Below are positions 12,801 to 34,030 of a stretch of 64,000 bases of DNA, piece by piece. The stretch's first letter is position 1. Each line of letters opens with the position of its first letter. Below the pieces are notes generated by a model. The model made no database searches and had not been told where the DNA came from. It saw nothing but the letters and a program-made list of their open reading frames with translations. Source of the stretch: the human T2T-CHM13v2.0 reference genome, Homo sapiens; the NCBI RefSeq assembly GCF_009914755.1, contig NC_060934.1, one strand, 5' to 3'. A program made the translations under genes and the position numbers.

Positions 12801-15675
12801 CTAAAACTGACCACATAATTGGAAGTAAAACACTCCTCAGCAAATGTAAAAGAATGGAAATCATAACAATCAGTCTCTCAGACCACAGTGCAATCAAACT
12901 AGAACTTAGGATTAAGAAACTCACTCAAAACTGCACAAATACATGGAAACTGAACAACCTGTTCCTGAATGACTACTGGGTAAATAACAAAATTAGGCAG
13001 AAATAAATAAGTTCTTTGAAACCAATGTGAACGAAGACACAATGTACCAGAATCTCTGGGACACAGCTAGAGCAGTGTTTAGAGTGAAATATATGGCACT
13101 AAATTCTCACAGGAGGAAGCAGGAAAGATCTAAAATTGACACCCTAACATCACAATTAAAAGAACTAGAGAAGCAAGAATAAACAAATTCAAAATCTAGC
13201 AGAAGAGAAGAAATAGCTAAGATCAGAGCAGAACTGAAGGAGATAGAGACACTAAAAACCCTTAAAAAAATCAGTGAATCCAGGAGCTGGTTTTTTGAAA
13301 AGATCAACAAAATAGATAGACTGCTAGCCAGACTAATAAATAAGACAAGAGAGAAGAATCAAATAGACAAAATTAAAAAAGATAAAGGGGATCTCACTAC
13401 TGATTGCACAGAAATACAAACTACCATCAGAAAATACTATAAGCACCTGTATGCAAATAAACTAGGTTATCTAGAAGAAATGGATAAATTCCTAGACACA
13501 TACACCCTCCAAAGACTAAACCAGGAAGAAATCGAATCCCTAAATAGACCAATAACGAGTTCTGAAATTGAGGCAGTAATTAATAGCTTACCAACCAAAA
13601 AAAGCCCAGGACCAGATGGATTCACAGCCGAATTGTACCAGAGGTACAAAGAGGAGCTGGTACCATTCCTTCTGAAACTATTCCAAACAATGGAAAAAGA
13701 GAGACTCCTCTCTAACTCATTTTATGAGATCAGCATCATCCTGATGCCAAAACCTGGCAGAGAGACAATAAATAAAGAAAATTTCAGGCCGGTACCCCTG
13801 ATGAACATCAATGCAAAAATCCTCAATAAAATACTGGCAAACCGGATCCAGCAGCACATTAAAAAGCTTATCCACCATGATCATGTTGGCTTTATCCCTG
13901 GGATGCGCAAGGCAGGTTCAACATATGCAAATCAATAAACATAATTCATCATATAAACAGAACCAATGACAAAAACCACATGATTACCTCAATAGATGTA
14001 GAAAAGGCCTTCGATAAAATTCAACACCCCTTCATGCTAAAAACACTCAATAAACTAGGTATAGATGGAACGTATCTCAAAATAATGAGCTATTTATGAC
14101 AAACCCACAGCCAATATCATACTGAATGGGCATTTCAAAGTATTCCCTTTGAAAACCAGCACAAGACAAGGATGCCCTTCGTCACCATTCCTGTGTATTG
14201 GAAGTTCTGGCCAGGGCAATCAGGCAAGAGAAAGAAATAACAGGCATTCAAATAGGAAGAGAGGAAGTCACGTTATTTCTGTTTGCAGATGACATGCCTG
14301 TATATGTTTGTATATTTGGAAAACCCCGTCATCTCAGCCCAAAAACTCCTTAAGCTGATAAGCAGCTTCAGCAAGGTCTCAGGATACAAAATGTGCAAAA
14401 ATCACAAGCATTCCTATACGCCAATAACAGACAGCCAAATCATAAGTGAACTCCCATTCACAGTTGCTACAAAAAGAATAAAATACCTAGGAATACAACT
14501 TACAAGGAATGTGAAGGACCTCTTCAAGGATAACTACAAACCACTGCACAAGGAAATAAGAGAGGACACAAACAAACGGAAAAACATTCCATGCTCATGG
14601 ATAGGAAGAATCAATATCATGAAAATGGCCATACTGTCCAAAGTAATTTATAGATTCAATGATATTCCCATCAAGCTACCATTGACTTTCTTCACAGAAT
14701 TAGAAAAATCTACTTTAAATTTCATGTGGAACCAAAAAGAGCCTGTATAGCCAAGACAATTCTAAGCAAAAAGAACAAAGCTGGAGCGTCATGCTACCTG
14801 ACTTCAAACTATACTACAAGGCTACAGTAACCAAAACAGCATAGTACTCATACCAAAACAGATATATAGACCAATGGAACAGAACAGAGGCCTCTGAAAT
14901 AGGTCCACATGTCTACAACCATCTGATCTTTGACAAACCTGACAAAAACAAGCAATGGTGAAAGGATTCCCTATTTAATAAATGGTGTTGGGAAAACTGG
15001 CTAGCCATATGCAGAAAATTGAAACTGGACCCCTTCCTTACACCTTATGCAAAAATTAACTCAAGATGGATTAAGGTTTTAAATGTAAGACCTAAAGCCA
15101 TAGAAAGCCTAGAAGAAAACCTAGGCAATACCATTCAGGACAGTGGTATGGGCAAAGACTTCATGACTAAAACACCAAAAGCAATGGCAACAAAAGCCAA
15201 AATTGACAAGTGGGATCTAATTAAAGAGCTTCTGCCTAGCAAAAGCAACTGTCGTCAGAGTGAACAGGCAACCTACAGAATGGGAGAAAATTTTTGCAAT
15301 CTATCCATCTGACAAAGGCCTAATATACAGAATCTACAAGGAACTTAGACTAATAAGAAAATAACTCCATCAAAAAGTGGGTGAAGGATATGAACAGACA
15401 CTTTCAAAAGAAGACATTTATATGGCCAACAGACATATGAAAAAAGCTCATCATCACTGGTCATTAAAGAAATGCAAATAAAAACCACAATGAGATACCA
15501 TCTCCAGTTAGAATGGTGATCATTAAAATGTCAGGAAACAGCAGATGCTGGAGAGGATGTGGAGAAATAGGAATGGTTCTATACTGTTGGTGGGAGTGTA
15601 AATTAGTTCAGCCATTGTGGAAGACACTGTGGGGATTCCTCAAGGATCTAGAACTAGAAATACCATTTGACTCAG
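9869..15675 (+). mobile_element. Full-length L1PA7-like LINE-1, 5' part (5'UTR, dead ORF1 from ~11126, dead ORF2 from 12208)
   Basis: L1PA7-type 5'UTR ('caagatggctgaa...gatttctgcatttccaactgaggtaccc'). The ORF track shows ORF1 and ORF2 fragments ([28 protein letters not shown], cysteine-rich CWRGCGE) broken by stops and frameshifts. Interrupted at 15676 by LTR12. Confidence 0.93.
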
Positions 15676-15899
15676 TGTGCCCGGAATTGGTTCCTTCCGG
15701 TGGGTTCTTGGTCTCACTGACTTCAAGAACGAAGCCGTGGACCCTCGCGGTGAGTGTTTCAGTTCTTAAAGATGGTGTATCCAGAGTTTGTTCCTTCAGA
15801 TGTTCAGAGGTGTCCAGAGTTTCTTCCTTCCGGTGGTTTCGTGGTCTTGCTGACTTCAGGAGTGAAGCTGCAGACCTTCACAGTGAGTGTTACAGCTCT
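15676..15899 (-). mobile_element. LTR12 (HERV9) solo LTR, U5 part
   Basis: 'tgtgcccggaattggttccttccggtgggttcttggtctc...ccctcgcggtgagtgtt' is the reverse complement of the LTR12 3' end. Confidence 0.93.
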
Positions 15900-22030
<6,131 letters not shown>

Positions 22031-22549
22031 GAGTGTTACAGCTCTTAAAGGTGGCGCATACGTAGTTGTTTGTTCCTCCCGGTGGGTTCATGGTCTTGCC
22101 GACTTCACGAGTGAAGCTGCAGACCTTTACAATGAGTGTTACAGCTCTTAAAGTTAGCGTGGACCCAAAGAGTGAGCAGCAGCAAGATTTATTATGAAGA
22201 GTGAAGGAACAAAGCTTCCACAGTGTGGAAGGGGACCCAAGTGGGTTGCCGCTGCTGGCTCGGGTGGCCAGCTTTAATTCCCTTATTTGGTGCCGCCACG
22301 TCCTGCTGATTGGTCCATTTCACTGACCGCTCATTGGGCTGTTTTACAGAGTGCTGATTGGTGCATTTACAAACCTTTAGCTAGACACAGAGCACTGATT
22401 GGTGCGTTTTTACAGAGTGCTGATTGGTGTGTTTACAAACCTTTAGCTAGACAAACAGCACTGATTGGTGCGTTTACAATCTTCCAGCTAGACAGAAAAT
22501 TTCTCCAAGTCCCCCCCTGACCCAGAAGCCCAGCCGGCTTCACCTCTCA
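22031..22549 (-). mobile_element. LTR12 (HERV9) solo LTR, U3-R part
   Basis: Ends 'ggcttcacctctca' (reverse complement of TGAGAGGTGAAGCC). Repeated 'gctgattggtg...tttacaaacctttagctagac' units. Degenerate 4-bp TSD tcag (15672-75) / ccgg (22550-53). Confidence 0.93.
22245..22470 (-). promoter_or_regulatory. LTR12 U3 promoter/enhancer: six CCAAT (NF-Y) boxes plus a variant TATA-like element
   Basis: ATTGG on the + strand at ~22309, 22333, 22357, 22398, 22423 and 22464. 'GGAATTAAAGC' on the - strand at 22271-22281 (consensus GGAATAAAAGC). Activity not shown. Confidence 0.55.
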
Positions 22550-22553
22550 CCGG

Positions 22554-23090
22554 CAATCTGATTACTGGGTATATACCCAAAGGATTATAAATCATTTTGC
22601 TATAAAGACACATGCACACGTATGTTTATTGCAGCACTATTTACAATAGCAAAGACTTGTAACCACCCGAAATGCCCATCAATGATTGACTGGATAAAGA
22701 AAATATGGCATATATACACCATGTAATACTATGCAGCCATAAAAAATAATGAGTTCATGTCCTTTGCAGGGACGTGGATGAAGCTGGAAACCATCATTCC
22801 CAGGAAACTACACAGGAACATAAAACCAACCACCACACATTCTCACTCATAAGTGGGAGCTGAACAATGAGAACATATGGGCACAGGGAGGAGAACATCA
22901 CACACTGGGGCCTGTTGGGGAGTGGGGGGCTAGGGGAGGGATAGCATTAGGAGAAATACCTAATGTAGATGTCGGGTTGATGGGTGCAGCAAACTACCAT
23001 GGCACATGTATACCTGTGTAACAAACCTGCACATTCTGCACATGTATCCCAGAACTTAAAGTATAATAACAACAACAACAACAAAAAACA
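22554..23090 (+). mobile_element. L1PA7-like LINE-1, 3' end (continuation of 9869-15675)
   Basis: Resumes L1 at the expected point ('caatctgattactgggtatatacccaaagg'). L1PA7 3'UTR with an (AAC)n/A tail. Degenerate TSD aaaaagacatg (9858-68) / aagaaaacatg (23090-23100). Confidence 0.92.
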
Positions 23091-23119
23091 AGAAAACATG
23101 TATTAAGAAAGAAAGAAAG

Positions 23120-23470
23120 GTTTTTGGTGCTAATGATCAAGAACCTTTCTGCGATATCATCTAGGATCTAGGATCCAGGATCCAGGTGTTTTCTGACTCT
23201 GTCTTTCACACTGATGGTTGGTACTCCTTATGGCTCATGGGTGGAGCCTGTGGCATCAGGGCTACCTGTGCCTTTGTTCACATGTGGTAAGAGAAAGAGA
23301 GAACTTAGTAATTCTCTTACAAAGCCAGAAAGCTTCATTCTCAAAAGCTTCCATGAGACCTCTTCTCCCTTGTCTGTGGCCCAGATTGGATCACGTGCCT
23401 ATTGGTAAACCAACCTATGGGAATGGGAGTGGCATCCCTTTTAGATAATCAGGTTGATTCCAGGATTCTG
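23120..23470 (-). mobile_element. MLT1(L-like) LTR, right piece
   Basis: 'tggcccagattggatcacgtgcctattggtaaaccaacc...gggaatggga' resembles the antisense MLT1L consensus. Confidence 0.55.
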
Positions 23471-24226
23471 GGTAGACAGCTTAAATGTTCACTTGTGCAC
23501 AGAAGATTGAGTGCAGTTTAAACATGTCAAGGAGCTGGTGGCATAACAAGGTTGCAACTTGCTTCAGAGGTTACATTTATGAGTCTGGATTCTGAAAGGA
23601 GCAATATGTGTTTTAAAGGAAAAAAGCAAGAGACAGTGTTCTTGAATTCTTCAGTGTTTTCAGACTCTTTCTGTGAATGTGTTACTCTGAAAGTTTGTAG
23701 TAGTACAGACCTGGCCAGTTTTGTACAAGCAAAGCGGAGCAAACATTCAGTCCACTGATTCCCAAGGTGCTGAGGACAGAAGTTAGTGGAACAGTCCACG
23801 GTGGTGTAAGCTGAGTACTGACACTTTCCTCATTTACCAGCTAATTCTCCCTTTTACCATTTGATTTGACTTCGCCGAAATTGGTCAGATGGGTAAGGTT
23901 TGGGTGGCTGAAGCATATGACACTTTTCAGTTTTAGAGCTCATTAGGTGTTTTTTACCAGTATTTCAACTTGATGCATTACAAATTTGATATAATTCAGG
24001 GAAAGGACCTGTATGGGATAAGAAGTAATCAAAATTATTCTGACCTTTTTATGTAGTGTTTCACCATAAACATATTGTTTACTTTTGTCTCTTCTTTAAG
24101 GAATATATACAGCATTAAAAGATGAGAGTTAAGTAAACTCTGGGCTATCATACAGTGGAATATGAATAAAATACATACATACACACACCCCCTTCCTTAA
24201 TCCCTCCCCACACCCCTAAACTTTTC

Positions 24227-24600
24227 TGGCAGAGGCAGTCGTGCCCACCAAATATTCTAATTGCTTTCCGCATTTCCCAGCCACCTTTCAGTTGCGTGGG
24301 CATGTGTCTCATGATGGACAATGGGCTGTGAAAGAGATACATTTTTCTTACAGGCCATGGCAGTAAAAGATCCATGCAGAATTCTTCCTGTTTTTCTCCC
24401 ATGAGGAGACTGAAGGGACCATGGATTCCAGATGGGCAGCTATAAAATGGAAGGATCTCTGTTAGTTTGAGTCGCTGAGTGACTGTGTGAAGCCTGTGTG
24501 GAGCTGAGCCTCTTGTTGACCCTTGTAGGCCATTTAACATGGGGGAGAAATGAACTTTTGTTCTGTTCATCCACTGGCATTTGGAATTGTTACAGGAGCA
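24227..24600 (+). mobile_element. MLT1(I/J-like) MaLR LTR
   Basis: 'catttcccagccacctttcagttg...gagtgactgtgtg...gagaaatgaacttttgttctgttcatccactgg...ttgttaca'. Confidence 0.65.
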
Positions 24601-25009
24601 CAATGAATACATACCTCCTTTCAATATTTACTCTTTGTCTGGAAGCACCTTTCTCAAACCTAATCCTTACCTCCTTGCCTGCTCACCCAGTAGAGCCTAC
24701 ATAAAAGTTTCTCTCTTTTTGATATCTCAGTGTTGCCATTATAGATCTCAGTTATTGTGCTGATCTGTTATTACTCATCAGCATAGATGCCATCAGGACC
24801 TACTAAGCTAAGTAGGGTCATTTGCTTTAAGAGATGAACTGAGTTGAGTAGTAAAATGTATTCCCTAAAAAAGCATGTGTGAATCTACAGTAACTGGAGT
24901 AACTAGTCTTATGAAAAATTGGAGACTAGAAAATTGCATTCAAGGTTTGGTAGCTTGATATTTTGTTAAATCAGTACTATTTCTGTTCCTCCCCCAAGTT
25001 TGTTTAGTT

Positions 25010-25290
25010 TCATTTTTTAAAAAGACTTTATTGAGGATAATCGACATAAGAAGGTGTACATATTTAATGTATACAACTTGATGAGTTTGGAAATAAGTAT
25101 ATATCCAAGAGACCATCACCACAAGCTATCCACCCTCTCTGAAAGTTTCCTCCTGTCCTCTTTATTATTGTTTTTTTCCTGAGAAAAACACTTCATATAA
25201 TATCTACCCTCTTAGCAAATTAAGTATACAGTACAGTGTTGTTATCTCCAGGCAGTGTGCTTTACAGTAGATCTCTAGGAATTATTTGTG
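25010..25290 (-). mobile_element. L1MA-type 3' end
   Basis: 'tgtacatatttaatgtatacaacttgatgagtttgg...tctaccctcttagcaaatt...tacagtagatctctagga'. Confidence 0.75.
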
Positions 25291-26205
25291 TTGTCCAAAT
25301 TATACACTGTTGTATTCAAGTTATATACAAGTTGTACCTTGATAGTTCAAGTTTAATAAATCTCTTTGTAGTTACCCATGAGATCTGATAGAAGATCTGG
25401 CTAATATTTCTGAAGAAATTATTCCTTGGAGAATGAAGTAGCTTTTAGAAACATATTTTTATGTCCCAGAGGAACCCCAAGACCTGTTCTTCACTAACAT
25501 TATAGGCCGTCATAAATAACCTACCCACACACCACGAAAATTGTCTTTGGTTTGGAGCAGAGGTCAAAAAGTGGGACCCATGCTTGCTTTGGCCCACAAA
25601 GTGGTTTTTGCATAAGGAAAATAGGTGCCAACATTTAGAAATCAGGAAATTTAACACAAAACTCTAGATTTCTGGCTGCTCTTTTAAAATGGGTGGATGT
25701 GGCCACTCTGAGCCTGTGTTAGCAGAAGGTTGGAATGGAAACAACAGAACTGAGGCATCCCATTTTCCACAGCCCACGCTTGGCTCGGTTTGCCTCTCAC
25801 TCACTGCACTCACCCCACTACTGCAGGCATTTTGGTTGGAGGGTTTTTTTCTCCATTATCATGCACATATTTCCTGGGAGAATCCTGCCAGTGATTTAGG
25901 ACTTACTTTCATCTAATAAATATTCACTTAGTATTCACTTAGTTTCACTTACTCTGGTAAGCAGTCCACGTGACATATAATTGGAAAGCCTTACATAATT
26001 GTTGCCTCTTCTGTTCTCTTCATGTTATCTCCTTTATCACTATAGCATTAAATTTACTCTAATGATACTTATTGAGATCCTATGTGCTAGATTCTAAGGG
26101 TTTAAAAATGAATGAGATACAGTTGTTGGCCACCAGGAGCCCAGCTTGTTGGTGATATTGTTAAAGAAATGAGCACTATAATGTTGCCACAATATACTGA
26201 GTATG

Positions 26206-26233
26206 AGAGAGAGAAAGAGAGAGAGAGAGAGAC
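26206..26233. repeat. (GA)n microsatellite, interrupted
   Basis: gagagagagaaagagagagagagagagaca. Confidence 0.85.
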
Positions 26234-26403
26234 AGGTGACCTCTGATTGGGAGAGTTTTGGAGGAGTTTTCTTAGTGGAAGGCACATTTGAACTAGGTTT
26301 TCATTGATAAGTAGGAGTTCTCTAAACTTTTGAGATAAATTAGCTAAGCCTGCCTATAGTGTGGACCAGTTTGAAACTTTTACTAATTCTTAGTGAAGCA
26401 TGA

Positions 26404-28616
<2,213 letters not shown>

Positions 28617-31600
28617 TATTGACATTTTGAGTGGATTTGTCCTGTCCTCTGTTCAGAGTTTAGCAAGTATAACCCTGGCCACTTGACGGCATTCCATTAA
28701 AACCTCCTAATCGCTGTTAACAACCACAATGCTTCCCATATTTCCCATATGTGTTTGGGGGTGGTGGTGGGGACACTAATCTAGTTTGGGAACCATTTGG
28801 GGGCTATCTCTGGGTCATTTCATCATTAATAAGGCAGGGAGTGTTTGGAAATAGCCACTCTGCTGCTGCTCAGTTACTTCAGCATTTATGGCTGAATTCT
28901 GAGAGGTGGAGCTTTCAGAGTGACCTCCCCTTAAGTATGTGGTGCCTTCTGCTTCCTTCATAGGCCAAGGGAGGCAGAAAGAGCCTCCTCCACAAGGAGT
29001 CACATGACCTGGATTCTAGCTGGACTTTGCCACATATCTGTCTGCCATATAACCTTTTTGAATCCTAATTTTCACAGCTATACAGTAAGTTTATCTGATT
29101 TACAAATTATTGTGAGGAATAAATGGAAAATGTATGTAAATACTGGGTGCACATGAGGAATTGTTCTGATGATGATGAATAACTGAATCATTGGTAGGCC
29201 TTTCTTGGACTACAATGAAATATAGCAGAACCCTCTAATGTCTCAGCAAAATAAACATCCTCAGCTTTTAGACGCCCCCTCGAGTGAGAAGTTCACAACT
29301 TTCCCATCTCCGCTTAGTTGGCTCTTTTCTCACTTAGCTCCCTTCATGGTGAAATGCAGCGAATAGACTACCAGTCCATTATTAGTCCATGAAATAACTT
29401 TAAACAGCCTCCTCCATGAGGGACAGACCTTATTTCTCTATTAATATAAGGAAAATAGAGCACAAATTAGTTGGTCTTTTAGAGAAACAGGCTGCAGATG
29501 GCTCCCAGCTGGTAGCCATTTTGAATGATGAATTTTGAAGAGAGTATAAATGTTGAGTTAGAGAGTTCAGTGTTCTTTTCCTGGTCCAAGAATAAATATT
29601 TTTAGTAAAGTTAGTATAAATAGACCTGTCTTGGGGTGATCTGAGATGCTGATTACTTACCTGTGGATTTTTAACTTAACGTCGGGAGCGAAGAATTTGG
29701 TGAAATAAGCATGTTAGTAGAATATTGCTGGCTTGGCAAAGGTTTCCTTCATCTGTAAGATATTATCCGGTAATTGCTGCAAACCTGCGACATATATGGT
29801 TTAGTGAACATTGGTAGATATGTTCTCTTTCCACATGGTATACTAATCTGGAATTTGTTGGAGATGAGATAAATCTATTATGACTTGAGGATTGAAGAAT
29901 ATGAATGGAAATTATTTTTATCATGGATGAAACTACTTGTAGAATTTGATTAGATTTTACTTGTTTATTTTATTCTAACTTTAACAGTTTATTTCAAGAA
30001 AGTGAAATTACTTAAATGATTCAGTGTAAATCTCTGAAATTTTTTCAATAGCTTACAGACTTTCTTCTAATTACAAAAAATTTGTAATTCTAGCTTTTGT
30101 AAACATTACCTTCCCTTCCTATCTCTACCTGCCAAAGCCCCACAGAAACTGAAAAGAAAACAGGTACATGCAATTTTATATTTATTTGGTACCTTTTTAA
30201 TGTGGAAAAGAAGTACTTAAGTCTTGGATCAGGGAACATTACTTCCTATTTATAAAATTTAAATATAAAGTGGAAAGTTAAGATAACTATTTAACTTCCA
30301 AAGCTGTTACATATCTATAGCATGCTATCTTCATCAGATTTTTCATGATGAAAAAAAAACTTTTGCAGATGAAATATAAAAAAAAATTTTCTTACATCAA
30401 CAATCTTAATTTTAATTGTTTCATATATTTTAAAATTGATATTCTTTGGGCAAGCCCTTTTTTTACTATGAATATTTGCTATTCATCAAATCTGATATTA
30501 CCGTAAGAATGAAGTTACACTTCAATTATTAGTTCCCTATAGGAAATGAGCACAGTAAATCTAACAACAGAAATTTAAAACAATTATATATTCAAATAAT
30601 TACATTTTTAGATGGACTCCTCCAAAACCTCTTCTTTTCTTATGACATATAAGATTGCTAGTATAAGAGAGCAGCTAAGGAACCCTAACAGAGATTGGTA
30701 AAATTGAGAAGAGATTTCTTTTGTCAATGAGGATGTCCGGAAGTTGAAACTGACTTACCTGAAATAGCAAAATCATACAGCATCCAGAATTATGAGTTAG
30801 AACAAGAGTTTTAAAATACTTAATGTGTGTTTTAATGTTCATAGACAATGATTCAACATCAGATGTTTGTTCTTTGAGCTTTCTTTTGGTTTTGTGGTGG
30901 TGAAAACAGGGACAATAGTAAGATTTTAAGAAACTGGCTGGAATTCACTCTAGGGCTTCCCCCACCCCCCTGCTGAGACGACATCATTTTCTTCGTGGAG
31001 ATTTTGTGGCTTTGCATAACTTGGCATTCTCTAATTTAACTGACAGCATGATATTTATAGTTTTGTTACCATAAGGAAGTACTAATTATTTTAAACGTGT
31101 TTCCCAACTTTCAGGTAACATTTCACACAACTGGGAGGCATCAGCGTCATATTTTGGGTGGGGAATGACCAGAATGATCCGCTTAATTGAATTATTCCTT
31201 GAAAGCAAACTAAACATTTTGGACAACATATTGACTCACTTAAACATATCACATGTTTCTTGGAAGTGATTTTCTTGTCAGATTTTTTGGGAATTAATTG
31301 GATTGTGAGAAATGTACAATATCCTCTTGAAAAAGTGTCAGTGTCTCTGTCCATAGTAGCATTCATAAAATTATCTCTTTATTTCCATGATGTTTTTGAA
31401 AATGTTACTTTAATGTTTATAGAAAATAATTCAAAATCAGTAGTTTATTCTTTCAGTTTTGGTTTTGTGAAGGTGCAAATAGGGACAATAATGAAATTTT
31501 TTTAGAGATCAAAAACCAACTAGTTGAAACTCACTGTGGAGTTTTTTATTTCCCCTGAAACAAATAGTCATTTTCTTCTCAGCGGTTTTGTAGCTTCTTT

Positions 31601-31764
31601 GATTTCAGCCACATCTTCCTAGCCTTACCTTTTCCAGTTCCCTAATTTACCTGCCTTGATGAACATTTAGGACATATTTTTGCATAGCTTGTGGATACAG
31701 AACCTCTGACTTGCTTACTGCCCTATCTCCTGCCTTTGTGCCCTTTCTTCCACCCCATGCCACT

Positions 31765-31934
31765 TGCAGGAGATGTGCTTGTCGGCCCCCAGATCCAGTA
31801 ACCTAGCTCCAGTACTGGGGTTCCTGGACCAACCTCCACCCACACCCCCTGCAGGAGATGTGCTTGTCAGCCCCCGGATGCAATAATCTAGCTCCAGTAC
31901 TGAAGTTCCTAGACCAAACTCCACCCACACCCCC
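31765..31934. repeat. 85-bp tandem duplication (2 copies)
   Basis: Units start at 31765 and 31850; 76/85 identical by manual alignment. Confidence 0.9.
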
Positions 31935-32349
31935 TGTAGAGACCTTGTGCTTCCTCCCCCACCTCCCACCCCCATGACAGAATGCGTCACACTCCACTAC
32001 TCCCATCACTGGCTGAGGCTGTCACAAATTAATAGTGTGCCATATCAAAGCTGTAAGAATAGACCTGGAGTCATTGTAGATGATGGTTTTAAAAGCTTCA
32101 TTGATCACATCCTAAGGAAAATTTTGACTTCCCGAAAGTGAGTAAGTGTGGCCCCTTCCTATGTGTAATCACTGCACTGGCCAGAATTTATTTGTAGGGA
32201 GTGTCAGTTAAGCACAGGTACTTGGTGGCTTCTCTTTCTGTCATGAATTCAAGTCAGTTTGAAGGGTATTAGTGTGCACAGCCGTAGGACAGTGGGGATG
32301 ACAAGAGACACGTTACCTGTCCTGGATGTGTGGGGTGAGCCTTGAAGCC

Positions 32350-32720
32350 CTTCGGCTGCACTGAATCACCCTCAGGGCCTTGCAGGTACCAGCCCTCTCT
32401 TCTTTTTCCAGACCTTTCCACATGCCCTCCTCCTCTGCCTGGGACACATTCTTCACCTTTTCTCCAGTGAGCCAACTTTTTCTCCTCCTTTAGGTCACGG
32501 CATTAGTAAGCATTTTCTTGAGGTAGCTTTCCTTGACTACCCACGACCGGGTTAGGATCCCCTCTGTACATGCTCATATTGCACTGCCCCATTCTGAAAC
32601 ATGGCACACAGTACCATGATGGCGGTTGGCTTATCTTCTCCCTTGTTAGATTCTGAGCTCCTGCAAGGTAGGAATTATCTTGTTTGCTGTTGTATCCCTA
32701 GTATCTAGGACAGTGCCTGT
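32350..32720 (+). mobile_element. L2 3' fragment
   Basis: 'tagattctgagctcctgcaaggtagg...ctgttgtatccctagtatctaggacagtgcctg' is an L2 terminus. Confidence 0.65.
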
Positions 32721-32739
32721 CTGACCAAAAGTTATTAAT

Positions 32740-32960
32740 ATCATCATAAATACAAGGGCTAATATCAAGCACTCAGTACGTGCCATGCTATGTGCTTTGG
32801 GTTTTCTTAAGTTCTCACAACAACTTTAGAAATAGATACGATAAAGGATTTTACAGAGGAGGAAATTGAGATTGATAGAAGTTAAGTAATTCGCTCAACA
32901 CAGCACCCCTAGAAAGCAGCAGAGCTGGTATTTGTCTCCGGAGTCCCTGCTCATAATGGC
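32740..32960 (-). mobile_element. MIR
   Basis: 'ttctcacaacaacttt...attttacagaggaggaaattgag...agaagttaagtaattcgctcaa'. Confidence 0.7.
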
Positions 32961-33734
32961 TAGATTACACACAATGATGAACAAATAAAGGATGTCTGCA
33001 AAGGCATCTGGCCAGAGCTCTGTGTGGGGCCAGCAGCTTCATGAATGATCCAAAGAGTTGGCATTAGCTGGCCACAAATGGTGTTCCAGAGAGTCACTTT
33101 TTTTCTAGTCATATAGGAGAGGTCAGCTCCAGATGTCAAATTCTAATTACTGGCAATTTGTTTTCTCTAAGAGGTTTGGCATTTACTGTGGCTCATAGAA
33201 CTTTAGAGGTCGTGTGGTACAGTATACAGAGCTCTAGTTTTAGAATTAAGGATTGGAGGCTTGGGCTTACCCCACTTTCCCTTAAACACAGTGTTGATGT
33301 GAGTAGGTTGAGAGTGGTCTTTGTGAACCCACTTCTCTGCACGGTATAGACAGGGAGTTGTAGTGTGGCTTAGAGGGAGTGTGTATAAAGCTGTCTTCCC
33401 AACTTGATGGCAGTTACCTGCTGCTCTTAGGATATTTTCTCTGGCATATTATTTTCTGTCATGGGCATCTATTGGTGCTTAATAAAATAAGTGTACATGC
33501 AGGGTTATTTCTGGGCACTTCTACTAATGATTTAAGATTTCAGAAAGTTAGGTCTTCTACACATATGTCAAAAGGCAAACTTATCTATTACAGTATCATA
33601 ATATGGCCCTTGACTTCATTTACTGGATTAAGCAACTGCATTATTTAATTCAGAAAAAGAAAAGCATGTAGATTGTTTTCTTACTGCCTCCCCACCAATA
33701 GCAACATTATAGTAAGATCTTATTTTTCTATCTT

Positions 33735-34030
33735 TCTTTCTTTTTTTTTTTTAAACAGTGTCTCAATCTGTAGCCCAGGCTGGAATGTGGTAGCATGATC
33801 ATTGCTCACTACATCCTTGAACTCCTGGGCTCAAGTGGTCCTCCTGCTCCAGCCTCCTGAGATGGGACTACAGGCATGTGCCACCACATTCAGCTAATTT
33901 TTGTATTTTTTGTAGAGACGGAGTCTCACTATATTGTCCAGGCTGGTCACAAACTCCTGGCCTCAAGCAATCCTCCTGCCTCAGTCTCCCAAAGTGCTGG
34001 GATTATAGGCATGAGCTACTGCATGCAGCC
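33735..34030 (-). mobile_element. AluJ
   Basis: AluJ-type sequence ('ttgaactcctgggctcaag'); perfect 15-bp TSD TTATTTTTCTATCTT (33720-34 and 34031-45). Confidence 0.93.

Noticed and set aside
22290-22500. CRISPR-like or novel repeat array
   Set aside because: These are the known internal U3 tandem units of LTR12.
25921-25953. Short 11-bp tandem (tattcacttag) and similar micro-tandems at ~23160 and ~44481
   Set aside because: Ordinary slippage products.
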